Below, piece after piece: positions 36,298-47,698 of a DNA stretch of 64,000 nt. Within the stretch, counting starts at the first letter, position 1. Every line of letters begins with the position of its first letter. The notes under the pieces were generated by a model. That model was not told the origin of the DNA. It searched no databases and saw only the letters and a list, made by a program, of their open reading frames with translations. The position numbers and the translations under genes are program-made. Source of the DNA: Camelus ferus (taxonomy: Eukaryota); the NCBI RefSeq assembly GCF_009834535.1, contig NC_045697.1, positions 40,736,001-40,800,000 on the forward strand, read 5' to 3'.

Positions 36298-36676
36298 CAT
36301 TATGGGCTGAATTGTATCCCCTCAATCCCCTCAAAAGAGATGAATATGACTTTATTTGGAAATAGGGTCTCTGCAGATGTAATCAAATTAAAATGAAGCC
36401 ATTAGAGTGGACCCTAATCCAATGATTGATGACTTTATAACAAGAGGGAAAAGCCATGTGGAGAGAGACACGCACAAGAAGAATGCCACGTGATGAAAGA
36501 GGCAGAGACTGAGTAGTGCAGCTGCAAGCCGAGAACACCAAGGACTGATGGCCATTATCAGTACTTAGGAAAGGGCAAGAAGGATCCTACCCAGAGCCTT
36601 TAGAAGGAGCATGGCCTCACCTCGATTTGGGACTTCTAAACTCTAGAACTATGAGATAATAAATTTTTGTTGTTTA
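36298..36676 (+). mobile_element. MLT1B/C-like MaLR LTR truncated just after its poly(A) signal
   Basis: TTATGGGCTGAATTGTATCCCC..TTATTTGGAAATAGGGTCTCTGCAGATGTAATCAAATTAAAATGA..CTAGAACTATGAGATAATAAATTTTTGTTGTTTAA; the usual U5 tail is missing. Confidence 0.85.
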
Positions 36677-36949
36677 AAAAAAGAGAAAATGTTCCATAAG
36701 AATACACAGCAAGATATTAACAGTTGCTATCTTAGAATAGTGGTGTCATTTTTATTGTCTCATTTTTTCAACAAAAAATAATGTTACTTTTATAATAAGT
36801 TAAAATAACACTACCATTTATTTTTAGTTTTAAAAATGTCTCTGTAATTTTTCTCAGGTAGGTCAAAAATAGGTTTAGTATCATGAAAGCAAAGGAAGAG
36901 GAAAGTATCAGGACAGAGAAGTTATATCAAGCAAAGCACATCCTTGTAT

Positions 36950-37390
36950 ATTCATTCCTGCCACAAGTGGGCTGGATGTCATTGTTATCACAACATTCTA
37001 CCTTAGAAGTAAACTTGAAGAATTTGTCAGTATTTCATTTGGGAAGTGATTCCAAGAAGCAGCTACAGAGAGGGAGAGGGAGAAAGGGAAGGAAGCTAAT
37101 TAAGGATGCATTATCATGCAGCTCCCCCTGTGGGCAGCTGGGCTCAATCCCCAGGGAAATTCTGGGAAACCCTGTAGAAGATACCTCAGAGTTGTCCCCC
37201 ATCAGGTAGGCGAAGTTGCTTGATTTTTAGTCACTAACCCCCTTCGTCACTGTTTGAGAGTTGCTCAGGGGGAGATTGGAGACAGCGAACTTCCCAGCAC
37301 GTCTAGCCTCCCCTGCCTTTTGGGTTAATAAGGCAGACAGAAAAAAAAATTGGATAGAGTTGCAGGTGTCTGCTGATGGATGTGTATGTT
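36950..37390 (-). mobile_element. ERVL LTR fragment (LTR16/LTR67-like)
   Basis: ATTTGGGAAGTGATTCCAAGAAGCA..CTGTGGGCAGCTGGGCTCAATCCC..TGTAGAAGATACCTCAGAGTTGTCCC. Confidence 0.55.
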
Positions 37391-37899
37391 TGATCTGCAT
37401 GCCCCACTATTCAACTTCAGGAATAGCCCTACAGACACATCTAGATTTCTTGTGCTTTCTAAAGCTGATTTTAAGTGATTTTTTCCCCCTTGAGTGCCCA
37501 CAAAATAATATGAAGATATAAGCATCCTCTGAAGTAGGTAGGGGGTGGGGAAAAAAGAGGAAGGGAATTAAGAAGAGTACAGTTTGTTTCAACTGGTCTG
37601 TGCTAAACACTCTGTTTGGTGCTATGGGAGATTGAAAAGTGTAACTCATTAATTCTGGTCCACAGAGGTTACAATATAACAGAATATTTATATACATTTG
37701 AAGCATTTAGGTGGCAATAAAGGATGTATATAATTGTCAGTATGGCTGATACAACTGAAAATGCTAACTGAAGAGAGAGGCAATTCCCTATTTAAAAGTA
37801 GGTCACACACTTGAATCCCAGACTAGACCAGAGGATTATATGACAGTTGAAAATGAGGGCGTTCTAGGTGATAAACCCAACATGAGCAAAAATGTCACA

Positions 37900-39230
37900 G
37901 TAGGTGGCTGACTATCTTCCAGTTGTCTCTCTTCATCCCTCTTCACCCTTCTCTGTCCAGCTTTGTGCCAGAAAAGCTGACCTTTATGGACAAAATTCAC
38001 AGACTTCCTCGTCCTCTGGCTTCCAGCAGCTGCCTTTGTCAGGGGGTGTCACTTGAAGTCAAAGAGAAGGAGAAGGAGACTGGGGTATCTCTACCCTAGC
38101 TCCCATCCTGGAGGGTGGCCGCAAGTGAGCTGCTTTCCTTTACCAAGGCTTTATTTTATTTATTTTTTTAATTGAAGTATAGTTGATTTCCAGTGTTAGT
38201 TTCTGGTTACAGCAAAGTGATTCAGTTATACATATATATAGTCTTTTTTCATATTCTTTTCCATTATGGTTTATTACAAGATATTGAATATAGTTCCCTG
38301 TGCCATACAGTAGGACCTTGTTGTTTACCTATTCTGTATATAGTAGTTAGTACCTGCAAATCTCAAACTCCAATTTCTCTCTCCAACCACCTCATTTCCC
38401 TGCCCTAGTAACCGTAAGTTTGTTTTCTATGTCTGTGGTCCTATTTCTATTTTGTAAGTAAGTTCATTTGTGTCCTTTCTTAAAGATTCCACATGAAAGT
38501 GATATCATATGGTATTTTTCTTCCTCTTTCTGGCTTACTTCATTTAGTATGATAATCTCCAGGTCCATCCATGTTGCTGCAAATGGCATTATTTCATTCT
38601 GTTTTATGGCTGAGTAGTATTCCATTATATTTATATACCACATCTTCTTTGTCCATTCATCTGTTAATGGACATTTAGGTTGTTTCCATGTCTTGGCTAT
38701 TGTAAATAGTGCTTCTATGAACATTGGGGTGTATGTATCTTTTCAGATTAGCATATTCTCTGGATATATGCCCAGGAGTGGGCATATAGTAACTCTATTT
38801 TTAATTTTTGAAGAAATCTCCATACTGTTTTCCATAGTGGCTACACCAAACTACATTCCCACCAACAGTGTTGGAGGGTTCTCTTTTCTCTACGCCCTCT
38901 TCAGCATTTATTATTTTTAGACTTTTTAATGATGGCCATTCTGACTGGTGTGGGGTGATACCTCCTTGTAGTTTTGATTTGCATTTCTCTGACAATTAGC
39001 ATTGAGCATTTTTTCATGTGCCTAATGGTAACAAGGCTTTATTATAATCAATAGACCTCTCCACACAGCTTTCTCTTCTCTCCAGTTTCTGGTAACTGCT
39101 CCCTTACTAACTCAGGAGTACTACATTTAGACTTTTTTTAAGTGTTTCCTAGAAACTGTCCACACCTTTATTCCATTTGCCTCAAGTGACTCCTTGATTG
39201 TACTGTGAGTTTTCTGCCAGCAGCCTGCCA
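37900..39230 (+). mobile_element. LTR33-like ERVL LTR split by L1
   Basis: CCCTCTTCACCCTTCTCTGTCCAGCTTTGTGCC..GCTGACCTTTATGGAC..CCTCTGGCTTCC..GGGGTATC; resumes after 39043 with CCAGTTTCTGGTAACTGCTCCC..CCACACCTTT. Confidence 0.7.
38156..39028 (-). mobile_element. Lineage-specific L1 (3'UTR plus ORF2 C-terminus)
   Basis: ORF2 peptide MFIEALFTIAKTWKQPKCPLTDEW..MEYYSAIKQNEIMPFAATWMDLE; TSD TACCAAGGCTTTATT (38141-38155) / TAACAAGGCTTTATT (39029-39043). Confidence 0.95.
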
Positions 39231-40234
39231 GTGGGGTCCTTGGGAGGAGAGAGAAGTGAAACATTTGGTAGAGCTTGAGGAAAGGGTTCACACCAAGGAG
39301 AGGCAGGTAAGATGGACGTTTCTTTTTAAAGTTTCTCTAAAGAAAAATGGTATTCCAGGTTTAAGGACAACATTCTGAGTAAAGTTTAAAAATTCTTGAC
39401 TGACATGTAAATAAATGACTGCTTGCCAAAGCAGCACAGGTGATCATATGTCTCCTGTCCTGTGCCCTCTTTGGCCTCATCTGTTTTCTGCTCAACAGCT
39501 GTGAGCATAAAACAGGGTCTTTCTGTGGTACCTCCATCCAGGTAGGCACATATCCAATCACGCTCTGGACTTCCATGACTCAAGTCTCAGCTGATGATGA
39601 AAGTAGCAACTGAAACTTCCCAGACAGGCTGAACAACAGGCTATTCTGTTCTAATAATCCAATTTTGCCTCTGAGGAAATTGGCTGAAGGTTCTTCTTTT
39701 GGTTCTGCTTCCTTGAAAAAGAAATGCAGTTATAACAATTTCTCTTTTTCAATTTGGCTTATAAACTCCCAAGGAGAATCACTTACAAAGAGGATCTGAA
39801 AATTTAAGCTTCTTTCGGCACCATCCATGCAAGGATTTGGAGTGCATGAGTTCTAGACTGTGGCTGCATAACAGTCAGCAACCATTGAGGGAAAAGAATG
39901 ACATCATCATCACAAGGCTGTAACATGATAACCTCAAAATATTGTCTTAAAGCTTCTGTGCAAAATGATCAAGGCTGAGGGAAGTAAATCCACATACCCT
40001 GCCTGATTAGTCCACCCTGGTTTATCTCTTTCAATCAATGGTTTTCATCTGCTGATCTCTTCACAGCTCCTGACTGTTGTAACTCCTTCTCCACTGACCC
40101 TGTGGAAGGACCCCAGTCCTAAATTGCTAATTAAAGTAGAAAAGAAAGCCTGCAAGCCTGGGCAGGCCACTGTGCCAGTTCCAGAATTTGGAAGCAGCTA
40201 CATTTTGTTTATCACATACAAATATCATCCTTTT

Positions 40235-40660
40235 TACAACTGGAACTTCCAACCCTGAAAGGCCTGTAGTGGGACTGTTCTGGAGGTTTAGTTCAGTGGT
40301 CATCAGGGACTTAGGCTCTTTCTGTCATTCTTCCACCATCCTGTAGATGCCTTTCACCCTCAAAGAGCCTCATAGTCCAAGGTGGTTGCTAAAACTCAAG
40401 CTGTTACTTCCAGGAAGAAGGAAGAAAGAGCGAAGTATTTGGTAGAGCTAAATCAGTTCTCTTTAAGCAGCCATCCCCAAAGTCCCATGCAACACGTGTG
40501 CTTATACCTTATGAACAGAACTTCGTCCGTCAGGGAACCTGACAAATGATCTGTTAGCTGAGAACTTAGTCATCTCCCCAAAAACACTGGGATTCCTTTT
40601 GTTCATGAAGACTGTACTGCAAGAAGATACTGTTTAAGCAGCTACAAATACCTGCCATGC
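40235..40660 (-). mobile_element. Old MLT1-like LTR fragment
   Basis: GTCATCAGGGACTTAGGCTCTTTCT..CCAAGGTGGTTGCT..TTCCAGGAAG..CCCAAAGTCCCA. Confidence 0.5.
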
Positions 40661-41224
40661 TGCATTTATTTTAATGAAAAAAAAAAAAACTTTTCAGAGG
40701 TAGGTTTCTTTATGAGAATGTGAAGATATCAGAAAGCTAATGTAATTGACATCTATATCTGAATGAAAGAAGTACTTTTCATAGAGACCATACATTTGGA
40801 ATAATATTGGAATTGAAACACAATTACATTTGTATCACTGGGCCACTTTCTACACGTTAAAAACTCACCACTGCAGGTAATTTTCAAAAGAAACAAATCT
40901 CACTGGCAGTGACTATACCAAAGATGCCTTCTGTTTTAGCTCCATCTACTGACCCACCCCCAAACTACCCAAAATAAATATAAATCACTCTAAATAAGAA
41001 CAGTGTACCTGCTTTGTAACCATATCCTCAAGTAATGTCTTATAGCCAAAGCTGCACCCCCACTGTTTCCATTCAAATTTTACCCAAATTCTCTGTTACA
41101 TAAATATTCTGGAGCCACCAGTGAGAAATAGCCATCACGCTTTAAGAAGCAGAGTTGAAGAGTTGCAATGGAGACCTTAAGGTCCACAAGCTTAAACTAA
41201 TTTCTTTACAGAAAATATTTGGTG

Positions 41225-41700
41225 AGTACTTTATTGCACAAAGTTGATATACTTTTATTTATTTCTCTGGTATGTTAAACAGCTACTCTATATCAAGTCT
41301 GTGCTCCTACTTTCTATTTAAGAAGCTTCCAGACAAATGAAAGAACAGATATCTAAAGAAAATGCTCACCTGAGGAGCAGAAATAGGTTGTAATGTGAGT
41401 ACAGATAGGAAGCCCTAATCCAGAATAGAGAGGAGGGGAGCTGTCACCAGGAGAGACTTCCTGACGATAAACGGTATCTAGGCTGATGTTGGATGGTGAG
41501 TAGGAGAGAGTGAGCCAGGCAAAGAGGGAGAAGGCACAGCGATCATGAAGACCCAGGGAGAAATCAGGGAAATTCAAATATTACAGAGAGGAGAATGAAA
41601 AAGAGGTCAGCCAAGGTTCAGAGATACTTGTGTCAGATTAATGGCAAGGATAATGGATGGAAGGACTGTCAAAAACTTACTGAAATAGCTTAAGATAGGC
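41225..41700 (-). mobile_element. L2 fragment
   Basis: GGGAAGCCCTAATCCAGA..CAGGAGAGACTTCCTGACGA..GGATGGTGAGTAGGAGAGAGTGAGCCAGGCAAAGAGGG. Confidence 0.55.
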
Positions 41701-42352
41701 TGCTAGGCTGAGGCCAGAAAATGCAGCCATCCAGAGTACGGTGGGGCCAAAGGCAGGAAGTGATTGCTGTTATGGGAGCTGAAGCACCACCGTAAAGGCT
41801 GTGGGGGAAGGTGAGAAAATAGAAGTTGAGATGTGGGAAGAAAGGTTAACTGCACACCAGTGACTCTGACCTGGACAGGAGGGGTGGTCTTGCTGGGGGT
41901 GTTCAGGCTCTTTAAGGAATTTTTCATAGTTACGCAGCTGTCCAGGGAACTGCTCTCTGACTGAAAGCTTTGCCTCCACTACAAATGAAAATAAAATGGT
42001 CCTCTTCATTAATCTTTCCAAATTCCTCTGCAGGCCACATGTGAAAATTCTTCTGGGGATTAGAAAGCCTTTTATTCCAGGATTAGAGATAAAGACTTAA
42101 AATACAAATGTCAATTGAGGTTAAAACATTGCAATTTATTTGGACCAAAGTACAACAGTGAGCCAACAGATATCAGATCCTTTCCAGTTTTGATTTATGG
42201 AACTTTAGGGAAGGGAAGGAGCCTCTAACAAAACGTCCTTACTTATTATGACTAGTCTTGTTCTCAAGTGAAGCTAGGGAGGAATGAATAAAAACTAAGA
42301 AGATATTTTTGTCATATTTAGGAAATGTGTGTTCTTTTCTTTCAGTTGAGGT

Positions 42353-42891
42353 TGTAGCTGAGGAAGAAGTTTCCTGAACCCTCCTAGGGTCTCTGTCTAT
42401 GCCTGAAAATTAAGCAAAGACAGATTAACAGGATAAAGGCATACAAATTTTATTGAATTTTTACATGTACATCAGAGACTTCAGTACATTCAAGAGAATG
42501 AATACCCAAGGTGACCAGAGCAGTAAGCTTTTACACCTTTCAGGCAAAAAAAAAAAAACAATGTATTTGTGAAGAATTGACCAATGTGGTCTGGGCTAGG
42601 GTTAGTAAATGGTAAAGAAGTAACTAGGAAGATAAGATTAGTTTAACAAGGTTGTTTATATAGACTTCTTGGCCCTAAACTCCATCTCTGGCGATAAGAA
42701 TGTCTTCTTTTCTCCTGGTATAGGAAGGATATCTTTTATATGGGAGTTTTATGACCTGTTTTGGGGAAGAAGAGTGAGGGGGGAAGGTAGAGTGACCTTC
42801 CTGCTTCTGCTGTTTTCTCAAATTTCTTCAGTTTAAGGTATTTGGTATGCCAAGGTGGCATACTTGAGGTAGCATGTTCTGAACCCTATCA
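42353..42891 (-). mobile_element. MER34/MER39-like ERV1 solo LTR
   Basis: The minus strand starts TGATAGGGTTCAGAACATGCTACCTCAAGTATGCCACCTTGGCATA..AAACAGCAGAAGCAGGAAGGTCACTCT. TG..CA ends; AATAAA on the minus strand near 42449; 4-bp TSD AGGT (42349-42352, 42892-42895). Confidence 0.9.
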
Positions 42892-43104
42892 AGGTGTATC
42901 TTGCTTTGTAAGATAGATATTTTTAAAAAGTAATTGAGGGCATTGTTGTTGATATATCACATTTTGGGGAAGGACTTTTCTCGCCAGTTTATTGTTATGT
43001 GGTTTGAGAATTTCAAGCAATTTTCAGAATTTTTGTCTGAATCCCCTCTCCCCAAAAAAGCTCTAGATTGGTATACTTTATATGGTCCCCACTCCTCCTG
43101 CCAC

Positions 43105-43270
43105 CTTTTGCGTACCTTTTTATTTCTCATTATCTGTTTATTTCTCTGTCTCCTCCACTGGATCTAAGTCTCCACAAGGTCAGGGACTATTCAGTATTGT
43201 TCACCGTGTATTTCCCAGTTCCTAGCTCAGGGTCTGGCATGTAGTAGGTGCTCACTAAATATTCTTGAAA
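43105..43270 (+). mobile_element. L2 3' tail
   Basis: TCTGTCTCCTCCACTGGATCTAAGTCTCCACAAGGTCAGGGACTAT..CCTAGCTCAGGGTCTGGCATGTAGTAGGTGCTCACTAAATATT. Confidence 0.8.
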
Positions 43271-44254
43271 AAACGGTAACAAGATTAAAATATTGTGTAT
43301 TTTTTTTATGTAGTTAGTAACTACAAATAGTCTGCTTTGGGTATATCAATTAGCAGAGAAAAAGAGCAGTCCTGTTCTATAAGCATTTTTTAGGAGACAC
43401 TGAACATGCAATTAAAAAGAAAAGTTCAGATTATTAAAAAATTCTATTAGAACATGGTCTTATTAAATATGTAGTATTACATCATACTTCCACACAAATT
43501 TTACAAGTTTTCTTCTGAGTGCACACTTAAACCGGTCTTGCACTATTTTTCTAAGGGTGTTTGCATTTAATTTGCAAAATATAATGTTCTGCAGAGAAAT
43601 GTTCTGAAATATTAATACGTATTTCTACTTCTGCCATTTAAAAAAAGAAAAGTGACTTTTTCTCCTAGAAATGAATTTCAAATTGTCATCTTGGGGTTTT
43701 TACATAAGATGCTATTGTTAAAAAAAAAAAAGCTTATTTCTAGCAAATCAATACAAACATACGTGTTTAATATTTATAAATGCACCTACGGTTGAGTTTA
43801 TTCTGAAATAGATTCCTTGGATTGTGAAAGCTTGAGGTTACTCTAATAAAAAACACATTTAGGTGAATATCCTTCTTCCAAATTTGCTTTCTTTGCTCTC
43901 TCAAACTCCTCCCTCCTACATTTCATTGACTTTATTGAAAAATTAGCTTATTTCAGTATTTTTACTTGCAACGGATTTCAGCAGTGAGCGCTTAGGTCAA
44001 TCAACTGCTTCCTTAGGCTTACAATCTGTGGGCATGTATTTATAAACACCAGCTGTTTTGTATATCCTTTGCAGAGCACGTGGAGAAAGTGACAGGAATA
44101 AAAGCCGAAGCCCTTTTTCCCTTTTTTTTTTTTTTTTTAAAGACTTAGACCCTAAGAACCCTCATCATGAGCAGGAGGAGATTTACTCTACTGCCAAGGA
44201 AGTAAAGAAACAGTTGACTCCAGAGGTATTTATGCTGTGACCTATCTAAAAATG

Positions 44255-45390
44255 CGTTTTGAGAGCGTCCGCAAGGCGTTGGTCTGCAGTACCGGGCAGG
44301 GTAACACCCATCGTGGGGTGAAAACTCCCACCGCCCACAGGGAGCCGGCCGGGCGAGCGCGTGGGGGCGGGGGCGGGCCCCAGGAGAAGGTAATTCGAAA
44401 CCACTCTTCCCAGGGTGCTGTGCGCAGGCGCGGGCACGCGCTCCTCGCCCCTTCCCTGAGGCCGCCGCTTCGGGGGCGGAGGCGAGAGAACGCTAGACGC
44501 CGGCTGAGCTCGGCGAGGCCGCTCAGCGGAGCGCGCGTCCGTCGGGTGCTCGTGCGGGGCTGGTGCGGCGCGGCTCCGGGCTGCGGGAAGCTGATAGCTC
44601 GGCTGCAGCCGTGTTGAAGCCGGGAGGAACCGAGTGGAGGAACGAGCCGCGGACTGAGGTAACCGGACGCTCGTACTCCCTCACTCCCCTCTTCCTTTGT
44701 GCGGTGCGGTCCGCTCACGCCAAGTCTCCCGTCGCCGCAGCCCCAAATCGTAGCGCCTCCCGGGCTCGCGCCTGTGGCGCGGGGAAACTCCAGGCTTGCG
44801 GGGAGTGACCCAAACTCCGCAGCTGAGAGCGTTTGGGCCCATTAAACCGCTGCACGGTTTCTGTCGCCCCCTTCGGCGTGGGGAACGGGGTCGCGTTCTT
44901 CGAGGGGACCCCCAGCCTCTGGCTCTGTCAGCCTCGCCGGCGGCCCCTCTCGGTCTTTCGAAGAAGAGAGGGGCTGGCAGGTGCTTCGCGGGGTCCCGGG
45001 AACGAGCAGCGCGGTACGGCTGGCATGGGCTCGGGGTCCGGGGAGGGCGGCGGGACACCCCCGAGACCCGCGGCCTGTGACTCGGGGCCCTGCGGCGCAG
45101 GACTCGCAGCCTGCCGGGGGGTGGCCGCCCCTCCGGGACTGCTGGCTCTGGGGGCATGCTGCGGGTCCGGAGGGTTAGCCGCCTGTCCCGCACTGGCCCG
45201 CCCGAGAGGCTCGTTGCCCGTCTGGACTGGCCGGTCCGCGGGGCTCGCTGCGAGTCGGACCTGCTGGTGCCGGGGGTTTGCAGCCCGCGCCAGGTGGACC
45301 ATCCGCGGGGGTGGAGACCGGATCGGAGAGTGCCTCCCGGTGTGACACGAGAACTGCAGCCTTTTTCAAAACACGCAGCCGCTCGTTGGA
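44255..45390. promoter_or_regulatory. CpG island / TATA-less housekeeping-type promoter
   Basis: About 1.1 kb of very GC- and CpG-rich sequence in an AT-rich window. GC boxes GGGGGCGGGGGCGGG (44363-44377) and GGGGCGGAGG (44473-44482); NRF1-type motif TGCGCAGGCGC (44421-44431). Confidence 0.92.
44490..44658 (+). other. Putative non-coding first exon of an unidentified + strand gene (TSS approximate)
   Basis: Lies just downstream of the NRF1/GC boxes, has no ATG, and ends at donor GAG|GTAACC (intron from 44659). Downstream sequence is T-rich on + and the long L1s there are antisense, as expected in a + strand intron. Confidence 0.6.
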
Positions 45391-46309
45391 GTTGTTTTAC
45401 AGCCCCTGATGCCAGCTCGTTCCTCCTTCCACTCAGTTCTGGGCTTAGTTAGCTTGCTAGTTTCCTGAGGGAGGCGATTTGTCTTCATAGTTCTAGCCAG
45501 GAGCTGGTCCTTCACTGGATTTGCACAGTCCTAGCGTTTGGGCACCTGAGTTTGAAAAGCTTTTTGTTTTCCCACTTAGCAGTGTTTGATCTGATGACTT
45601 TTTGTAGAAAATTGAACTTTTCTCAGTGCTCCTTTTAATCTGTATTAATAGAATAACTGTCCTTTTATGCTAGTGTTACCACTTTGGAAAGACTCTTTGG
45701 GAAAAGGTTCTTGAAAGAAGTTGGGTTGACACGAGAATTATATCTACTGGTTGCATTTCTTCTTTCTTTGCAGTGTTTTTTTCCTGTGTAGGTTGAGAGC
45801 TGTTTGATTCTTGGTATTCTTGATTCTGACTCTGTAAGGAAATCGAGTCCTGCCAAAGGATAGACTTGGATAAGCAGAGGACCTCTACTTGGCGGTGGCT
45901 TTTTTCATTGGTTGCTGTTTTTCCTTGTCCTTTCTACTGGCAGCCACTTTAGTTTGTCAGCCAACCCATGACCCATTTCAAACTTTTAGTCACTTCGCAT
46001 ATCACCTTTGAGATACCAAAGAGGATGAACATAAATATCAAAAGAAATCTTAGGATACCGTACTCAGCTGTTGTATTTAGCTTTATCATATTAACAGTTA
46101 AAACTGCTAATTCTTTTAGCATTTGATAAGATTGCTACTGTTGCTTTCTAAGATGACAGTATATTCTGTAATAATTGCATGTTCTGCATCCTGGCAGGAA
46201 ACTTAATTCGCAGTCAGTGAGGGTAGTTTTTAAAAACAGTGTTTCCTCATTTGTTAAAGAAGAAGGTAAGGTAGGTTAATTTGACCCCCTCCCCTCTCTG
46301 TCAAAATAG

Positions 46310-46568
46310 TTTATATTTAGAGCAGTTTTAGCTTTATAGCAAATTTAAGTGGGAGGTACAGAGAGTTCTCATATACCTTCTGTACCCCTAGGCCCTCTGC
46401 CTTGCCCCATGTATGCACAGCCTCCTCCACTATCAAAAACCCCTCACCGGAGTGGTACATTTGTTATAACTGATGAACCTACGTTGATAATACATCATCA
46501 CCCAAAGTCCAGAGTTTACATTAAGGTTCATTCTTGGTGTTGTACATTCAGTGGGTTTAGACAAATGC
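46310..46568 (-). mobile_element. L1MC/MD-like 3' end
   Basis: TTTAGAGCAGTTTTAG..GTACAGAGAGTTCTCATATACC..GAGTGGTACATTTGTTATAACTGATGAACCTAC..CCCAAAGTCCAGAGTTTACATTAAGGTTCA. Confidence 0.85.
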
Positions 46569-47109
46569 CCTTTTTCAAAAAATTAAGAACTTTTAAGTTA
46601 TAGAGAACCGAAAATGGGTATTGTCATTTTTAAAAGATTAAGGGGACTGTTGGGGGGGGGTTTGTCTTTTTATTGCTAAGTTTTGGGGTTTTTTAAGTGT
46701 AGTAAGGGGGCTATTTTGAACATCCTAAAAATTAATTTCAAATAGCTTTAGTGTTTGAAAAAATTGGATATTTAAAGTTTGGTTTCTTATGTTTGAATTT
46801 TCAACAGTCATTAATTTTTGTATGTTAAGAACTAAAGAAAAAAAAACTAATGAGGGAGAAGAAATGCTTCATAAAATTACAGAATGTCATGTTTTTCAGT
46901 CCTAAAACTTAATAGCTTGACCATTTCTTCACTTTTCTGAAAAACATGTTTCATGTTAACCAGTGAAGCAAGAGGAAATTGAACATACAAAATGTAATAT
47001 TTTTAACTGATATCAAGATTAAAGGTATAACTTCAATAAAGTGTGACCCATTAGGCTTTTTTAAAAAATCTGTTTTCTCTGTTTGAGGGACTTTTGTGGA
47101 AGCTTCAGG

Positions 47110-47295
47110 ATATAATGTTCTGAGCTCAGTTCTGGAACTAAGCAACTTTGAATTAGAATCCCAGCTCTTCACTTGTTGTCTGTGGGACCATGGCAAGTAA
47201 TTTTCTGAACCTCTCTTTCTTTAGCTATAAAAGGAGGATAAAATATTAATTGTTATAGTATGCGAAATCATTTTATAAACTGTAATGTACTGTTG
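47110..47295 (+). mobile_element. MIR
   Basis: GAATCCCAGCTCTTCACTTGTTGTCTGTGGGACCATGGCAAGTAA..TATAAAAGGAGGATAA. Confidence 0.65.
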
Positions 47296-47517
47296 TGTTC
47301 ATTGGTATCATTGTCACATGCTGTATTTTAAAATGTGTCCGTACAGTTTATTTTCTGTTGGATACTGCTTATGTAAGTACTATCAAACTTTTTTTTTCAA
47401 GGGTGGCTGTACAAGAGAGTTCATTGTCTGGTTATGAATAATTTAGTTGGTTTTTGTGAGACAGTAATAAAATTATGGAAGAGGGTCAAAGGGACCTTAG
47501 GAAAATTTCTACTTCAT

Positions 47518-47698
47518 CTCTGGTTCTTAACCTGGATCTGTAGGTACACTTGTAAATGGTCTTCCAGTAGTCTGTGAATTCTGTGTATATCTGTACTTTT
47601 CTAAGGAGAAGACCCACAACTTTCAACATAGTTTAACAAAGGGGTTTGTGACCATCCTCTCCACAGCCATTCTCCCCTCAAAGGTTCTAAGAACCATT
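47518..47698 (+). mobile_element. MER103C-like hAT-Charlie element
   Basis: TGGTTCTTAACCTGG..GGAGAAGACCCACAACTTTCAACA..AAAGGGGTTTGTGACC..AAAGGTTCTAAGAACCA. Confidence 0.65.

Larger units (their letters stand above)
35500..36810 (+). mobile_element. L1ME-like 3' fragment, interrupted by a SINE and a retrocopy
   Basis: TCAGAGAAATGAAAT..CTCGTACATCGCTGGTAGGAG..GCAGTTCCACTT..; resumes after 36696 as ATACACAGCAAGATATTAACAGTTGCTATCT..ATGTTACTTTTATAAT. Confidence 0.55.

Noticed and set aside
44490..44658. Assigning a gene symbol to the CpG-island gene
   Set aside because: No coding exon is visible and I cannot reliably recognise the 5'UTR, so any name would be a guess.
44237..45452. Many overlapping 65-170 aa ORFs on both strands
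   Set aside because: R/G/P/A-rich by-products of the GC-rich CpG island, where stop codons are rare; no recognisable protein.
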